A stretch of 63,888 nt of DNA, filler included, from Dirinaria sp. TL-2023a (Eukaryota): NCBI GenBank assembly GCA_051941275.1. It is 4 parts of 4 records of this genome, joined end to end, with 100 filler letters (N's around TTAATTAATTAA, not from the genome) between each part and the next. Parts side by side here need not be neighbours in the genome. Positions count along the whole stretch, not along the records: positions 16,012 to 31,909 come from JAVEBF010000517.1; positions 32,010 to 47,904 come from JAVEBF010000518.1; 2 more parts are not named here. One strand, written 5' to 3'. Every line of letters begins with the position of its first letter. The first letter of the stretch is position 1. A program made the translations under genes and the position numbers. Below are positions 26,545 to 39,513 of this stretch, piece after piece. Under the pieces are notes generated by a model, which was not told where the DNA came from, did not search any database, and worked only from the letters and a program-made list of their open reading frames with translations.

Positions 26545-28223
26545 TTAATAACTCGGGAACGTGGGTTCAATCTTGCTCCACGCGTGCAAGCCACCTTTGA
26601 TGTCACCAAGAAATCTCTTCCCACCATCGGGGGTACCCATCAAGTTCGGGAACGTGTCATTGACAATCTTCACGGCCTCTTGTGAGTCATTACCAAAGCG
26701 GCATAGGAAGTAGACTGGTCCTGTACTCTGGCGAATTGTATTCTGAAGGGTTGCGAGAGTAGTAGCTTTGTGCCCATCGCTGTAGTCGTTCAACAAAGCC
26801 CTATCAGTATTCGAGGAGATGTGTTTTGATTGGGCTGTGATCTCTGAAAATGGGACATTGAGACTTCCAGAAATGTGGCAGATATCATATTGCAGCTTCT
26901 CCCTGACATCAATTAGAAGATGGTCGAGCTTGATGTCGTCCGAATCCACATGCTGGCTGAAGCTCTTGGGAGGTGAGGTACACGCGCTTGCTGCATCTCT
27001 GATAGTTTGGTACTCTGCAGCAGTGATCCGTTCCTCGTCACTTAGCAGCTTCAACGGCAATGTGAGACCACAGAAAGCTGCATAATCTAGGGAGCCAGAA
27101 TGTAAAGCTTGTTTAGTGATGGACGGTTGAGCAGAGCAGGCGCAACAATTTTTTCGTCTCCTACCGAGCGTGACCGAGCGGAAAGGTTGTGCATCGAAGG
27201 CGCTGTAAATAAGAAGCCTGGCAGGTGTATCTTGCCACAATAAAGTTGTAGCCCGGTCGCTCCAGACCCCTCCTACGACGCTACTACTGAGAGTGATCAT
27301 CTCAATTGCCTTAGCGGCCATTAGAACGCCCATGACGCCCACGACTGGCCCAACGATGCCGCCGTCTCCGCAGCTTATGACGCTGTCAGCAGGTGGTGGT
27401 TTCGGGAAGACACAGCGGTAGCAGGGCCCTTCACCAGGAGGTACGTTAAGCGTCACCAATTGACCATCGGTTCTGAGCGCTGAGGCTGAAATCAGGGGCT
27501 TGCCAGTCAGTACGCAAGCATCGGAAATAAGGTAACGCGACTTTGGATGATCGGTGCAATCTAAGATTAGGTCATACATCGCGATTATATCGAGAGCATT
27601 GCTAGTTGTAAGATGTATGGGATGTTGTTGATAGCGAACGTTGGGGTTCAAACTATTGAAGTCATCAGTCAGAGCAGTCTCGCCATCTCAAAGCATGCCT
27701 ACCTCGTGAGATGTCTTGTAGCGCTCTCCACCTTTAGCATACCGAGTGTCTCCACCGAATGTAGCACCTGTCGATGCAGATTACTCAACTCCACCTCATC
27801 ACCATCTACTAATCCCAGGGTTCCCACTCCTGCGCCAGCCAAGTACATCGCTGCTGGACAACCTAAGCCTCCAGCGCCTACTATCAACAATTTTGCATTT
27901 TTGAGTTTGAGCTGACCTGCCAGTGTCCATGAGCGTTTGCTCAGCTTCGTACATGTTGATCAATGTAATTTCTGACCTTCGAGGCCAAATGAAGGAACGA
28001 TCATCTGTCGACCATACCGCTTGTACTCTTCAAGATCGAGCGGAAGTCTCTTGGTAGTGATGTCGGAAAGCATAGCATCCGGGGCGGAAGCCGAGCCATT
28101 ATTGTGGGTTATGGGAGGGAGATTCCGGTTGTTGGAGGCTTGGGCTTGCTCGAGCTGGTGGCGGAGATCAGCAAGGTGCTTCTCAGTTTCGAGGATCTGA
28201 TCAGAGAGAGCTTGAATACTCAT
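26545..28223 (-). CDS. UBA4: Adenylyltransferase/sulfurtransferase Uba4 (MOCS3)
   Basis: [39 protein letters not shown] and a C-terminal rhodanese CRFGNDSQ; introns 27976-27917 and 27702-27653. Confidence 0.96.
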
Positions 28224-28421
28224 TTCGAGCCTCTAAGTTATCATTAATCCTGAAGTGGAAGACCATGGAAAGGTGATTAGCCTTCTCGAATAGCGTTCGG
28301 GTAGGACATCCAGACTTCAACTTCCCAGAGAAGCATACTTTACATAAAACGATGCAGGACAGTATTCCCAATTTCGTACGCACGCATTAGGGGCGCAGTC
28401 AAATCGCTCCAACCTTTTACC

Positions 28422-28995
28422 ATGGTGCGCTACATGCTCCCTTTCTTAAGTAGTGATCGATTGACACTTCCAGGCGCCCACCGTACCTAAAGCACGCACC
28501 CACACTCGTCTTCCTAAATCCGCCCGCCCATCTCAAGCTCAGCCCTCTTACCCCTTCGGACTCGACCGTACTTCCAAACGCGATAAACGGATAATCAAAC
28601 GTTCTACCCTGCTTTCTCGAATCAAAACCGTTCATGCTGGTCCCCATAAGAAGCGGCGGCGGCGGCCTTCGAAGAAACTGGTCACGAATCTTGAAGGGCT
28701 TGCTGACGCTTTGCCAGAGAGTGAAAATGGAGGTTGGAAGAGAAGAGCTGAAGATACCATACAGCAAAAGAGTCTGAAGAGCAGACCGGGGAGTGCTAAG
28801 AAGAGAGAGCGCGAGATCACAGAGCAAAAGCTAAGGTTTGAGCGGAATCTGGCAAGGTTAATAGATGGAAAGAATGATGATGGGAGTGTCATGAATACCG
28901 GCAGGGATGAGAAGGAGAATATTGGGAATAGCTGGCAGAAACTGAGGGCTTTCATTCAGCAAACCATGGAAAAGAAACGAGAGAGTCAAACATAA
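28422..28995 (+). CDS. SLX9: Ribosome biogenesis protein, Slx9 family
   Basis: First coding exon is the ATG alone; intron 28425-28473; then SKRDKRIIKRSTLLSRI...RRRPSKKLVTNLEGLADALP...KSLKSRPG...WQKLRAFIQQTM. Confidence 0.82.
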
Positions 28996-29599
28996 TTAGG
29001 AAGATAAGGGAGGGATGGTTCTCTAGCGTGCTGATATATCAGTGAAGGGGATCAGCATCCTCGGCAGTGTATTAAATGTCCGCAGTACTTTACACGTAAA
29101 GCGGAATAACCAATGTAAGCCTCGACTATCAAGACACATATAGAAATAACGTCGGGATTCATCAGGTGTCAACATGATTGAGAAACTTTTGCATAACCTG
29201 CACTGAGCTTTCTATAGAGAACGAGCACGAAGAGCACCAGTTTAGGAAGACAAGGGGGCGGCAAATAACCTCGAAAAAGGGTGTCAAGCTCAAGGGTTTT
29301 GCATGAAAGCAATTTTTTTGCGCAGAGCCTCAAACAATGCTTTTGTCTAAGCCAAATCGCTAAGCTAGCCAGCGCTGTCATTAATTCATACCGATAGCTA
29401 GTGAGCGCAGACTCAAGCTCTCAATACCATCAAACATCGTAAATCTCTATCGCTCCACTGCAATAATAGCATTTTCGAAATTTACCACCCACGGCCGCCT
29501 TATTCGTCTTCAGTCCGCATGATCTATCAAGATGCTGCTGTCCGTTGTTCGGCCGCTGTTGTTCACTGTTCAAGCCCCTTCTCTTCAATACCAGCTGAA

Positions 29600-31584
29600 T
29601 CAAGAGGGATCGATTCCTGATCCGAGCAAGATCGCCGAACGAGGAAAAAGAGGGGTCATACTCTTCCGAGCCCCTTTTGGTGTCGCAGCCTTGGATCTGG
29701 GTTGAGTCGTGAACTCTGTCGAGGTAGGAGTTCGACGATGAGACACAAGATTATTGGACGAGGATGAGGCATTTGCCTGGACAACATATCCCTCCGACTC
29801 GGACTCTGTATCGGGGTGTAGTGGGAGTGCGTTTGAAGTGTATTCCTGAAACGGATTACCTGCTTGTGGCCGCCGCTTAAGTGCTGATCGAGGTCTAGAA
29901 GCGGTCGTGGATTGGTCGATTAGCTTGAATCGATGTTGATCATCGCGTGGTGTCAATTGTAGTCTTCTCTGTCGCTCGTCTGGGTCTGTTTCGTTGCTTG
30001 AATCCGTCGACTCCTCGCTATCCAGCTGAATGACGGGAGCACGTCGAGGTTCAATCCGTGGGTAAGCCTCGTGATATGCGATTGATATCGGATCCCGAGC
30101 GCGCCGTCCATCGCCATGACTGTGTGTCGATGATCGAAAGGTGGCCCGCTGATGCCTCGCCGGCGTGTTTGTCATCGAACTGGTAGACTCGCTGCTTGAT
30201 TTTGTGTTGGCCTTTCTTGCTTCAATGATAGGCTCTTTAGATTCTGATCGGCGTTGAAGGCGAACAGGCGATCCCAACATCGAATTGGATTCATCTGTAT
30301 GCTCAGCTGGAGCTGGGTAATGCTGCAATGGGTTCTGAAGACGGATGTGCGGGTTTTGCAATGAGGCAGAGCCTCCTTCAGCAATAGACTGCGCAGAGCT
30401 TGAGCTGATGCTTTGAGGGGAGTTCGCAGTGTGGAGATCATTCTGAATATGCCGACTCGCTTCAGACAAGGTCAAATCGTAGCTCTCCAAGTCCTGATAA
30501 GATCTGAACTGTCCGCCCAGTGACTGAAGCTCATCCGATGAGCTTTCCGAACGTTTTTGCGAGTGCAAAAGTTCCTCTGCTGAGGGTATTTCAGTCCGAA
30601 TAGTAGCTCTTAGTATAGACGAATCTGGCATCTGGCGCATTTCTGGTGGGAGATCGGCTGGTAGTAACGGACTTCCATGGACTCGTTTTTTGACCGAGGG
30701 TAAAGATAGGAACTCAGTACCTTTACCGTGGCGACGTGTTCGCTCGCCACGAGCCTCCGGTCTTCTGCGCTGCTTTTGTTTGATGGCTAAATCAGGAGAA
30801 CTTTGACGTTTGCGTGGATTTGTCGCAAATGCCGGTGGTGACACACTGGCCAGATCTTCGCTGTTGACAGATGCTTGACGACTGGATATGGACTCAGTGA
30901 CTTCCAAGAACTTTGCCTGCTTGCTCGGCCTTCCCCTTTTCTTTTGAGCTACAACCCTCGGCAAGGGCATGGGCAAAGGTTCATCTTCCTGGCCTGGCGC
31001 AACACTGTCGTTTTCACTAGAAGATCCCAAAGCTTTCTTGACGAGCAATGATTTCTTAGGTCGACCTCGCTTTGAGCTGTTAGGTAGCGAATCCTCAAGC
31101 GCCTGCTCTCTAACGAATTGCTCGTTCTCAAAACGGGCGAGTTCCGCAGTTGAAACCCAGCTTAGAATATTCGCCAATCTTACGTGGCGCACTGAGTATT
31201 GAGGATCTGTATTCTCAGCAGCCGAAGATTCGACGACAAATATGGGTTCGCGAGAGTCGCCAGAGGAGGTTGCTCGAGACAATATTCTCCATGACCGAGT
31301 CGTCGTATCTTGAGCTTTCTCTTGCGGCGTAACAGCATCTTCAGGATCCAAAATACTCGGTTGTATTAAGTTCCTTGTATGTCTTTTGATCTGTGGTAGA
31401 ACTATCTAAAACTATGATCAGCCAGCGTTCATATTTTGGATCGAAGTCACGGCTATTGAGCGCATTAGCAGTTGGCACTTACAGGAAGCTGAAGTGTTCC
31501 TCGTTTTGATTTCTCACGCAGGAAGACCTCAAAACTCGAAGACTCAGATATTTCTCGATACTGCGAACGAGTACTAGATGACAT
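29600..31584 (-). CDS. Hypothetical chromatin-associated protein with two AT-hook-like motifs
   Basis: ATG at 31584; intron 31482-31406 joins in phase to the 583-aa ORF; KRGRPKK and KKRGRPSK; otherwise S/R/P-rich and disordered. Confidence 0.7.
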
Positions 31585-31909
31585 CTTCGATTTGTGTTGC
31601 CGTCTTTGCAAAAGCGTTGCTAAAAAATCAAAAGCAAATTAGCGGCACCAGAGTAGGTGTAGAAAATATAAAAGACGAAGATAACAGAAATACTAAAGAA
31701 TTAAAGAGAAAGCAAAGTGAATAGTTTAGTTATAATTCACGATGATTATGCTTTGTAGCTAAGTCTAAAAGAGCTTAGAGTGTTAACGCTAAAAAATATC
31801 GTCTCAAACGCGCCAATAAGAAAATTCCTAAATCTTTTTTATTTTTTATAATATTTTTTTCTTATTATTATTTGTTACGAGCATGCACCTAGGTATACTA
31901 CCTGGGGCA

Positions 31910-32009
31910 NNNNNNNNNNNNNNNNNNNNNNNNNNNNNNNNNNNNNNNNNNNNTTAATTAATTAANNNNNNNNNNNNNNNNNNNNNNNNNNNNNNNNNNN
32001 NNNNNNNNN
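31910..32009. other. Artificial contig linker N44-TTAATTAATTAA-N44
   Basis: Identical 100-nt spacer. Confidence 0.98.
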
Positions 32010-32071
32010 CTTTAGGGGCCGGGTGTGGTTGAGTTTGGAAAGCTGAGCTAATGCTTTTTTTTTTTGTATAG

Positions 32072-32131
32072 GGCGTTAGCGAGGTGCCTGCGGCCAAGAA
32101 GATAATCCTGAAGAAGGAGGCGAAGGAATAA
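32072..32131 (+). CDS. Terminal exon of a gene cut by the contig start
   Basis: GCTAAT branch point, poly-T and TAG acceptor, then GVSEVPAAKKIILKKEAKE* (phase assumed). Confidence 0.5.
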   Translation, partial: GVSEVPAAKKIILKKEAKE

Positions 32132-32528
32132 AATGGCTATTCATTGCCATCTGAGGCGCTGCGGCGCTGCGGCGCGATGAAAGGATGAGGATGGATAGGA
32201 AGAGATATGATGGAGATGGGGAAACCGAAGAAGGGAATCACTGGTTGATTGGCACGAATGAGATTAGTAGTATTGGCGTATTCCCTTTATTATTTCCCCT
32301 TTGAGTTGGCTTAGATTTCACTTTTTGATAATTCTGCAGTCTCCGCTGTTAGAGTGGGCTGCCCATATGGGGATGGAATCCCCAATATTCAATTGGATTT
32401 TCTCCTCCTCTTTCAGGAAACGCCGCCGCATAATGCTGACTACTTCTTCACTGATACCTTACACCTATCGTGAGAAAATATTTCTGAATCTAAAATTACC
32501 TTACGCCGTCGCTGCCGAGAAGTGCCCT

Positions 32529-34435
32529 TCAGCGCCCCGCATTAATTGGAACATCTGTAATATGCAGATTCTTCGACCACGGCGGCAAGCGTTTATCCCG
32601 CTCATATTCAAGTCCACAGTTGTTGCACAGTGTCTATGCCAGCTGTTAGCTTCCCCACCAAAATCGATAATGGCAGGTGGTACTGAGAAGAAGTGAGGAG
32701 ATGGCAATCACTCACTCGAGGTCCCATTGGCCCATCCCGGACCGCCCATACAGCGCTGCCATGCACCATACACCACGAGCACCGCCACTTCTGCCTCTCG
32801 TTCTCCACCAAGCCGCCTCCACCGCCATAGCCCGCAACGGCAGGTGTTCCCTGTCCACCAGGCGTAGCCTCACGTGCTAGGGGACTCAAACTCCTGAATC
32901 GCCGTTTCTTCTTGCTTCTCTCACCCCTGCCCATTGGAGTCTCGGCACTATCTACTGGTTGATCAAAGTATCCTCCACCTTGCCCGGGTGTTGGCATCCC
33001 ACCCATCATGTTTGTCGTGCTGCTGAATCGTGCAGTCTCCCGCCTTAGTCGTCGGATCTGCCTTTCACGATCACCCTCTCGCTTTTCGATCTCTTCTTTC
33101 GACAATTTTTCCACCTTCGGTGCCCAATCGTCGCAAAGGTGCTCGTCATCATATCTCCATCCGGCTTCCATTCCATCGATAGCCAGGTTATCGATCTCGC
33201 CGTTACCCGCTATCAGGCCGCCGCTTTCGCAGGCTTCCTTTTTCAGCTTGAGTACGGCTTCGTAAATGGCGTGCGTCATGATTGGAACCCATTCTCCGGA
33301 TAAACTCATGTCGGCGCAGGTTTGCTTGGCAAAGCGCTCGGCTACGCCTGGCGGGTGGAGCAACGACCATTCAAAGCGGTCGGTGAATAGTTTGTTTTGG
33401 AGGTGGACGTTGAGCGTTATGATGCAGCGGTAGGTGTCGTCTGGGTTGTCGAAGGAATCCGAGGGCGCGGTAGGTATCAGGCTTGCAGCAGCGGTGATGC
33501 CATTGGTTGCGGGTTTCGGTGGGGAGGTATGACCATTCGTCTGCGCAGCACCGTTTGTCGTTGGAGTGCTGGAGCCGTTGCGATAGGGTGTAGAGGACTG
33601 TTCGCGGGAGTTGGATCTTTGAATGGTTTGCATAACCGTGCCATTGGCAGCTGTGGCTTGGGTTGTGTGGAACAGTGGATGGAGCGCGACTCCCGCGTAC
33701 TGCTCAAGCTGTATTCGAATTTCTTTGCCGATCTCTAGTGCTAGCGTTGGCGAGTTGGGCAGGTCAAGGTCATGGATCAAGATCGTGGCGAATTGTTCTG
33801 GTGTGACTAACGTTTCGTGGAGGTTCCACATAAAGGTATCCTTTAACCTGAATGGTGGTGTGGGCTCTGGTTGCTTATAGGCTGGCAACGAAGGGTTAAT
33901 CTGGTAGACATGATGATCTGATGGAAGTGGTAGAGCGGGAGCGGGTGTGAACGAGGCGATGTCAAGGTCGAGGCGGATAGGTATCAATGTGAGCGGGAGT
34001 GCTGATTGCGCGCAAAGTTGTTTATCCGTTCTAAAACAATAGTATTCAGCATCAGGCTTTGGAATCTCGAAAGAGTAATACGTACCTCACCAACTTCGGC
34101 TTTCCCATCCAGTCCCTCCATATCCCTTGAACGTCGACGGGCGCGCTCAGCTCTTTGCCGATTTTATTGGCCTGACTCTCTCTCGCTTGATTGGGATCCT
34201 CCCTTCTGCTACGTAAACCTGTCGGCCGTCTCGGGCCTTCACCGTCTTCGAAATCGTCGTCGTCATATCCATCCTCTGCATAATTTATAGCGATAGTCCC
34301 TCTTTTTGTAGTGCGTGATAGAGGTGGTTGCGCAGTCGTTTGAGGTATGATAGGTGTGAGAAGGGAGTTGTTGTAGGCCCGTAGACGAGGTGCGTAACTT
34401 GATATAAACGCCTGCGGGGTAGCTCTCTCAGTCAT
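32529..34435 (-). CDS. SFH1: RSC complex subunit Sfh1 (SNF5 family) with C-terminal GATA-like Zn finger
   Basis: QAFISSYAPRLR, TTKRGTIAINYAEDG, SNF5 repeats (LKDTFMWNLHE, DRFEWSL), KEEIEKREGDRERQIRR; introns 34085-34031 and 32715-32634; CSWC-x20-CNNC. Confidence 0.93.
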
Positions 34436-34906
34436 GGCGGCTCTTGCGAAGCCCTAAGGCATGGCCCGATGAGATTCGCTAAAGCCCTCTGGTGCTTGCT
34501 GCCCCTTGTTGCGTTTCGACAATGGTTGCACCAATTATGAAAGGTTCAAATGATAATTCCGTGATAGAAGATGGAGCTCTGAGAGGCTTCTTCCTACATA
34601 TGTGAGGTGTAAGGATCTATTGCAGTATTGGCTACATTATTGGGCGCAAATAAAATCCCGTCTTCATGTACACGGCGCACCGCGTCTGTGCTTGATCACA
34701 AACGGCCATCCTTGGATTAGTCATCAGATCACGTGCAAGCATCCCTATGTGTTGGAATGTACAAACCAACAGACGAAATAATTCAACGGTCTTACAGATC
34801 TACGACCTACGCTACTAAGACAACAAAAAGTGTAAACTTGATTTGGGTGCTAATTGGATTCGTGCCTAGCGAGCAAGCCGTAACTTCTCATTTCTAGGTT
34901 GCGGGT

Positions 34907-36448
34907 CTAAATGGTATCCATTCTTCCTTCATCTTCTTGCCCTTCCTCTTTCTTGCTACCCTTCTCCACCGCGTTCCTAATGCCTTCCAGAAATGCTTCC
35001 ACCGCGTCCCCACCACCTATTGGAGCACCACCCATTTTCATGAAGCCTCCATTCTCGACCGAGACTCCAAGCGCATCGCTGATACTGGGCAAACCCCCAT
35101 CCCTGAGAGCGACAGTAAGGCTTCCAAGACTTTGAGAGAACTGGGGAGATCGTAGCGCCTTCCTCAGTATCTCTCTTTTCTGAGAAAGATTAAGTGCTTC
35201 TGTAGCCGCTTTGACAGTCTCATCATTCGGATCCACCGAAGAGAAATCATCGACTTCTTGACTGAGAAGTAAGAGCTGAGGCGGAAGGTGTGATAGTAGG
35301 TTATCTATTGTAGATTCGGACGCGGAATCGACGACGGGGACAGTCGTTGCAGAGGGCAGAAGGTCGGGAAGAGTTGTGAAGTGGTTGCCGTAAAGTTCTG
35401 ACTGAGGTTGGGTATTCGCCAAAGCTTGGTTTCCCTGCATTGCGCGAAGGAAGTTCTGGACGGCTTCCGTCGCTGTGGTTGATGACAACGTGGCTCTACA
35501 GGAAAAGTATTAGCTAGGTCAAGTCCAAACAGCCGTCTCTTCGTTTTATAATCAATCGAACCACCCAGAACTGGTAATTTGCGGGAAGTATGCCACCCTC
35601 GTATCAGTGTAGTTGAGGCAGACCACTAGAAATCGCGATCGTAACATACTCATATGACTTGCTGGAGATAGTGTTCACCTTTTGACTCCGGAAGATATAC
35701 CGGATTCCTCAAGACTACTGAAAAGGCGGCACCTACGCTCGTCCTCCATCCGCTCCTCCCTCTCTTGAGCCTTCACCTTCGCGCGTCGCTGCATCGCCTC
35801 CAAAGGGGTCGGTACCGGCCGCATCGCCCTGAGCGCCACCTTGGCCCTCTGGTCCAGCATCTTCCATGTGTGTGTCACCATCATCGCCGCCTTGGCCGCC
35901 TTGTTCATTCGAAACATTTGCAACCTCTTCCTGCACGTTGACCTCATCACCTTGTAGTAGCCTGTCTACTATTTCACCTAATTTGAGATCGCGAGGGCTA
36001 AACCACGATGGATCACCTTGAGCATGCTGACTCTTTGACTGTAACCAGAATATGTGCTTTTGTGTACTTGATTGGAAGCTTAGAACGAAAATCCTTCCAT
36101 TTGTTGGCGATTTCTGGTTTGAATTGGGCGCAGTCTTCTCGTAGGGAGCGAAATGACCATCAGCGGGCACCATAGTCAGGTCAAGCTCGGGCTGGCTAAG
36201 TGGGGCGGATCGAGGTCGCCAGCAGAAGTGAATGAGTTCATCTTCTTCGAAGAGGTAAAGATAGCCAGGAGTTGAATTGGGGATGACTTTCGGAGGAGAT
36301 GAGGATGCCTAAACTGCGGTCAGCAAGCACATCCTACTAATGTAAAAATCAAAGAACACTGAAATTGAAAAATTTCATAGTAGTGGCTGGGGCTTACGTC
36401 GAATTCGCAATTCCCAGCTTTAAAAGTTATGATTGGCGAGATCGACAT
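34907..36448 (-). CDS. RPN13: Proteasome ubiquitin receptor Rpn13/ADRM1 (Pru plus UCH37-binding domain)
   Basis: MSISPIITFKAG, GYLYLFEEDELIHFCWRPR, GRIFVLSFQSSTQKHIFWLQ; introns 36397-36309 and 35736-35496; C-terminal LRSPQFSQSLGSLTVAL. Confidence 0.92.
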
Positions 36449-36714
36449 GATGAAATAAAATGGGTAGAACTTCGATACATGGGTAGGTCTTACATCGAAT
36501 ACCTTTTTCCGTTGGGGTAGCTTTCAAAGTTGTGGCGCTTAAGCGGCTCTATGTTAATCCGGGCAAGCGCGCCTAATGTGTGCACTAGTCTAAGCGAACC
36601 CACAGACTTAGGGCTACATCCAACAAGAAGAGTGTGGATCTCACAACAAACATCAATCACAGCACCTCCTTCACTATAGATCAACTGGCAATTGGTCTTT
36701 AAGGGCTCGTCAGG

Positions 36715-37538
36715 ATGTCTACCCAAACAGATCGAAGCAAGCCTCCCGCTACGACGAAGAAATTTGGGAAGGGCGAGCGGCAGATCCCTTCTGAGAAAGC
36801 TAGAAAGTTCTATCCTGCCGAGGACGAGAGTAGACCAAAGAAGGTACGTCCAACCGCGGCATCGTCTCAGAAGAATTGCTATCAGCAGAATGTGACCACA
36901 AAGCTGCTGCGAAGCGTATAGCAGCTTAAGTAACGCGCTTTGTATCCGGAACCGTGACTCACAATGGCTCGTGTATCCAGGTCCGCAAATCAATCCATCC
37001 CGCTAAAGTCCGTCCATCGCTGCAACCTGGTTCTGTCCTTATCCTGCTAGCTGGCCGCTTTCGCGGCAAGCGTGTCATACTACTGAAGCATCTTCCGCAA
37101 GGCATTCTTCTAGTCACTGGTCCCTTCAAAATCAACGGTGTACCGTTACGGCGGGTCAATGCTCGATATGTCATCGCTACATCGCTGAAAGTCGATCTGA
37201 AAGGGATCGACGGGAAGACTGTAGAAAAGGTTGGGGGGGAGAAGTACTTTGCGAGGGAGAAAAAGCAGGAGAAAAAGGGCGAGGAGGCATTCTTCAAGCA
37301 AGGAGAGAAGGCAGAGGTCTGTGCCACATCCTGACAGCGCTTGCTGTCCGACATCAGGAGAAGAAATTGACGTTGGAGATTACAGAAAAAGCCAGTCGCC
37401 AGCGAGCGTGCCAGTGATCAGAAGGCGGTGGACAAAGCATTGCTAGCCAACATCAAGGAAGTTCCGGATCTAAAGGACTATCTCCAGAGCACGTTCAGCC
37501 TACGCAACGGAGATAGACCTCATGAGATGAAGTGGTAG
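36715..37538 (+). CDS. RPL6: 60S ribosomal protein L6 (eL6)
   Basis: [46 protein letters not shown]; ends [14 protein letters not shown]; introns 36844-36980 and 37317-37385. Confidence 0.97.
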
Positions 37539-37866
37539 GCAATGAAGGAAGAAATCACTCCACCTGGAGGGGTCCGACTATTAGGTTATTCAGATGAGCC
37601 AAGTTCTGCTTAATCCGGAGTGCTCCCAGGTCTTCGACAAGCTGCTGTTTGACTTGCAGCTCTTGTACCAAGATTCATAAGTCAAATTCATTCGAAGTTC
37701 AACTCATCCGCGCCTACGATGGATCCATGTACATTTGTTTAACTATCAATCACAAATTGACGTATCCAGTACGAGAAGGGTATCTTGATCGCTAAAAAAA
37801 AACCACGTACAAGCAGGCCCGACGTCCCACAACACCTTCGCACCGTCAAGGTAAAAGCTCTTATCC

Positions 37867-39151
37867 TTAGCTCCTCGCACGTCTACGATTACCTCTCTTC
37901 TTCGTCTTTGATTGCTCCTCCCCAGGTTCTTCTCGACCATTCACGTTCTTCTCATCATTTTCGCCCATCTCACTGCTCCCACGCTCTTCGGAGCCTGCAA
38001 TTGCTTGCTCACCATCGTCCTTGGCTTGCTGTATAGCCTTTCGCTCGCGGCTTTTCTTTTTTTGCTTCTGGCTTCCAACGCCTTTGCCCTTCTTCTCCCT
38101 TATCTCTTCCTCGACTTCGTCCCTTACATCGTCTGCGAGGTCTTGACCAAGGCTCGTCCCAAGTGCAAAGTCCATGAAGCCAAAACAACCAAAATTGCCC
38201 TCAGCTTCTCCCATTAGGTGACGTTCCGTTCGCCGTGCGATACCTCCTAGAATGAATGCGCTCGGCAGGACATTGTACCCACTGTAGGCGAAGGTCTCTT
38301 CGAGTGATATGATAGCAAGATAGAGATGATACGTTAGCAGGTGGAATCGGAAGAGCAGTGCAGGCAGGTACGCTGGGAGAAATCCGCGGACAAGGTAGGC
38401 TAGTGGGAAGTCATAGTTTGCGACAAGAGAGTATGGAGGGCTAACGGAATGTTGCCAGGACATGTGGTAATTTGTGAGAGGCGAGGATGGGTGATGGAGC
38501 GCATATCGATGCAGGAGGTAGCTCAGGACCTAAATCGGACTATCAGCCTGCAGTACCAAGGCAAAGACGCTGTATATTCATCACCTCACGTAATAGCAGC
38601 CCTTTTAGAAGGTCAAGCGCAATACTCCATGGCATTGGGATACTGGTGGTGACCTTCAACGCGCTGCGAATATGAAGCACTTGCGTAAAAAGGAGCTCAA
38701 CCCCAGCCTGCAATGCGACCCCAAGCAGTGTATTTGCTATACTGACGAGCGCGATCTTCCACCAGCGGGTCATTTTGCCTGGTGGCTCATCACTCAAGGG
38801 TAGTGCGTCTTCGCCGTGTTCTTTTATGCCAATTGCGACCTTAGGCGCAGCGCTATCGAAGGCTAGAAAGCCGAGAGAAGGTAAAATGTAGAACAAGACT
38901 CGAATCGCCAGAGTACCGAAGACTTCGACTTTGAGTGGTGGATTGGAGAGGATAAGCGTCGACCATGTGAGGTAGAAAAAGAGCAGGTTCAGAGAGGTTG
39001 AGTAAGAGCTGAAGGTCGGAATAATCAGAAAAGAGAGAGCTGGAATCGAAAGAAAAGCTTCGAATGGATTTTTGACCAAGTTATATGGATATCGCACCAC
39101 AGCCCAGGCGCGGTCGAGGAGTGAGGGCTGCGCGGCTTGAAATATATTCAT
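37867..39151 (-). CDS. Fatty-acid hydroxylase / sterol desaturase-like membrane protein
   Basis: Hydrophobic N-terminal half; intron 38584-38530; His boxes LHRYALHH, YHMSWQH; GNFGCFGFMDFALGT. Confidence 0.82.
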
Positions 39152-39513
39152 GGCGATGGCAGATCTATCCACAAGAACGCATGCGCTTCGCTCTTGGTAT
39201 GTAGATCAGACAGAATTATAAAATACTTCGCTGGGTCGAAGTATAGAATTATAAGATATACATGCCGTGAGCTTGATAAGGGACGCGAGCTTCTGCCGTC
39301 GAAACTCGAAACGACAGTCCTTCAAGCTTGATTACATCATTAATGCCAAGTCACGCTAGTGATCTACCCTGCATATGCCGAATTCTCCCGCTGATTGCCG
39401 AGCCGGAAGCCCGGAAGGGCACTCCGATGAGTCCGACATGCTTCAACAAATATATCGATGACGTTCCTCTGATCAATCTCTAAGGTAACCATTTGCTTGC
39501 TCCTCGTACAGCG

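Noticed and set aside
31801..31813. 13-mer GTCTCAAACGCGC shared with 58979-58991, upstream of two chromatin genes
   Set aside because: Several exact 13-mer matches are expected by chance in 64 kb, and the sites lie on unlinked contigs.
32529..32790. GATA-like Zn finger on Sfh1 as a novel fusion
   Set aside because: To my knowledge this is the usual architecture of Sfh1 in filamentous ascomycetes.
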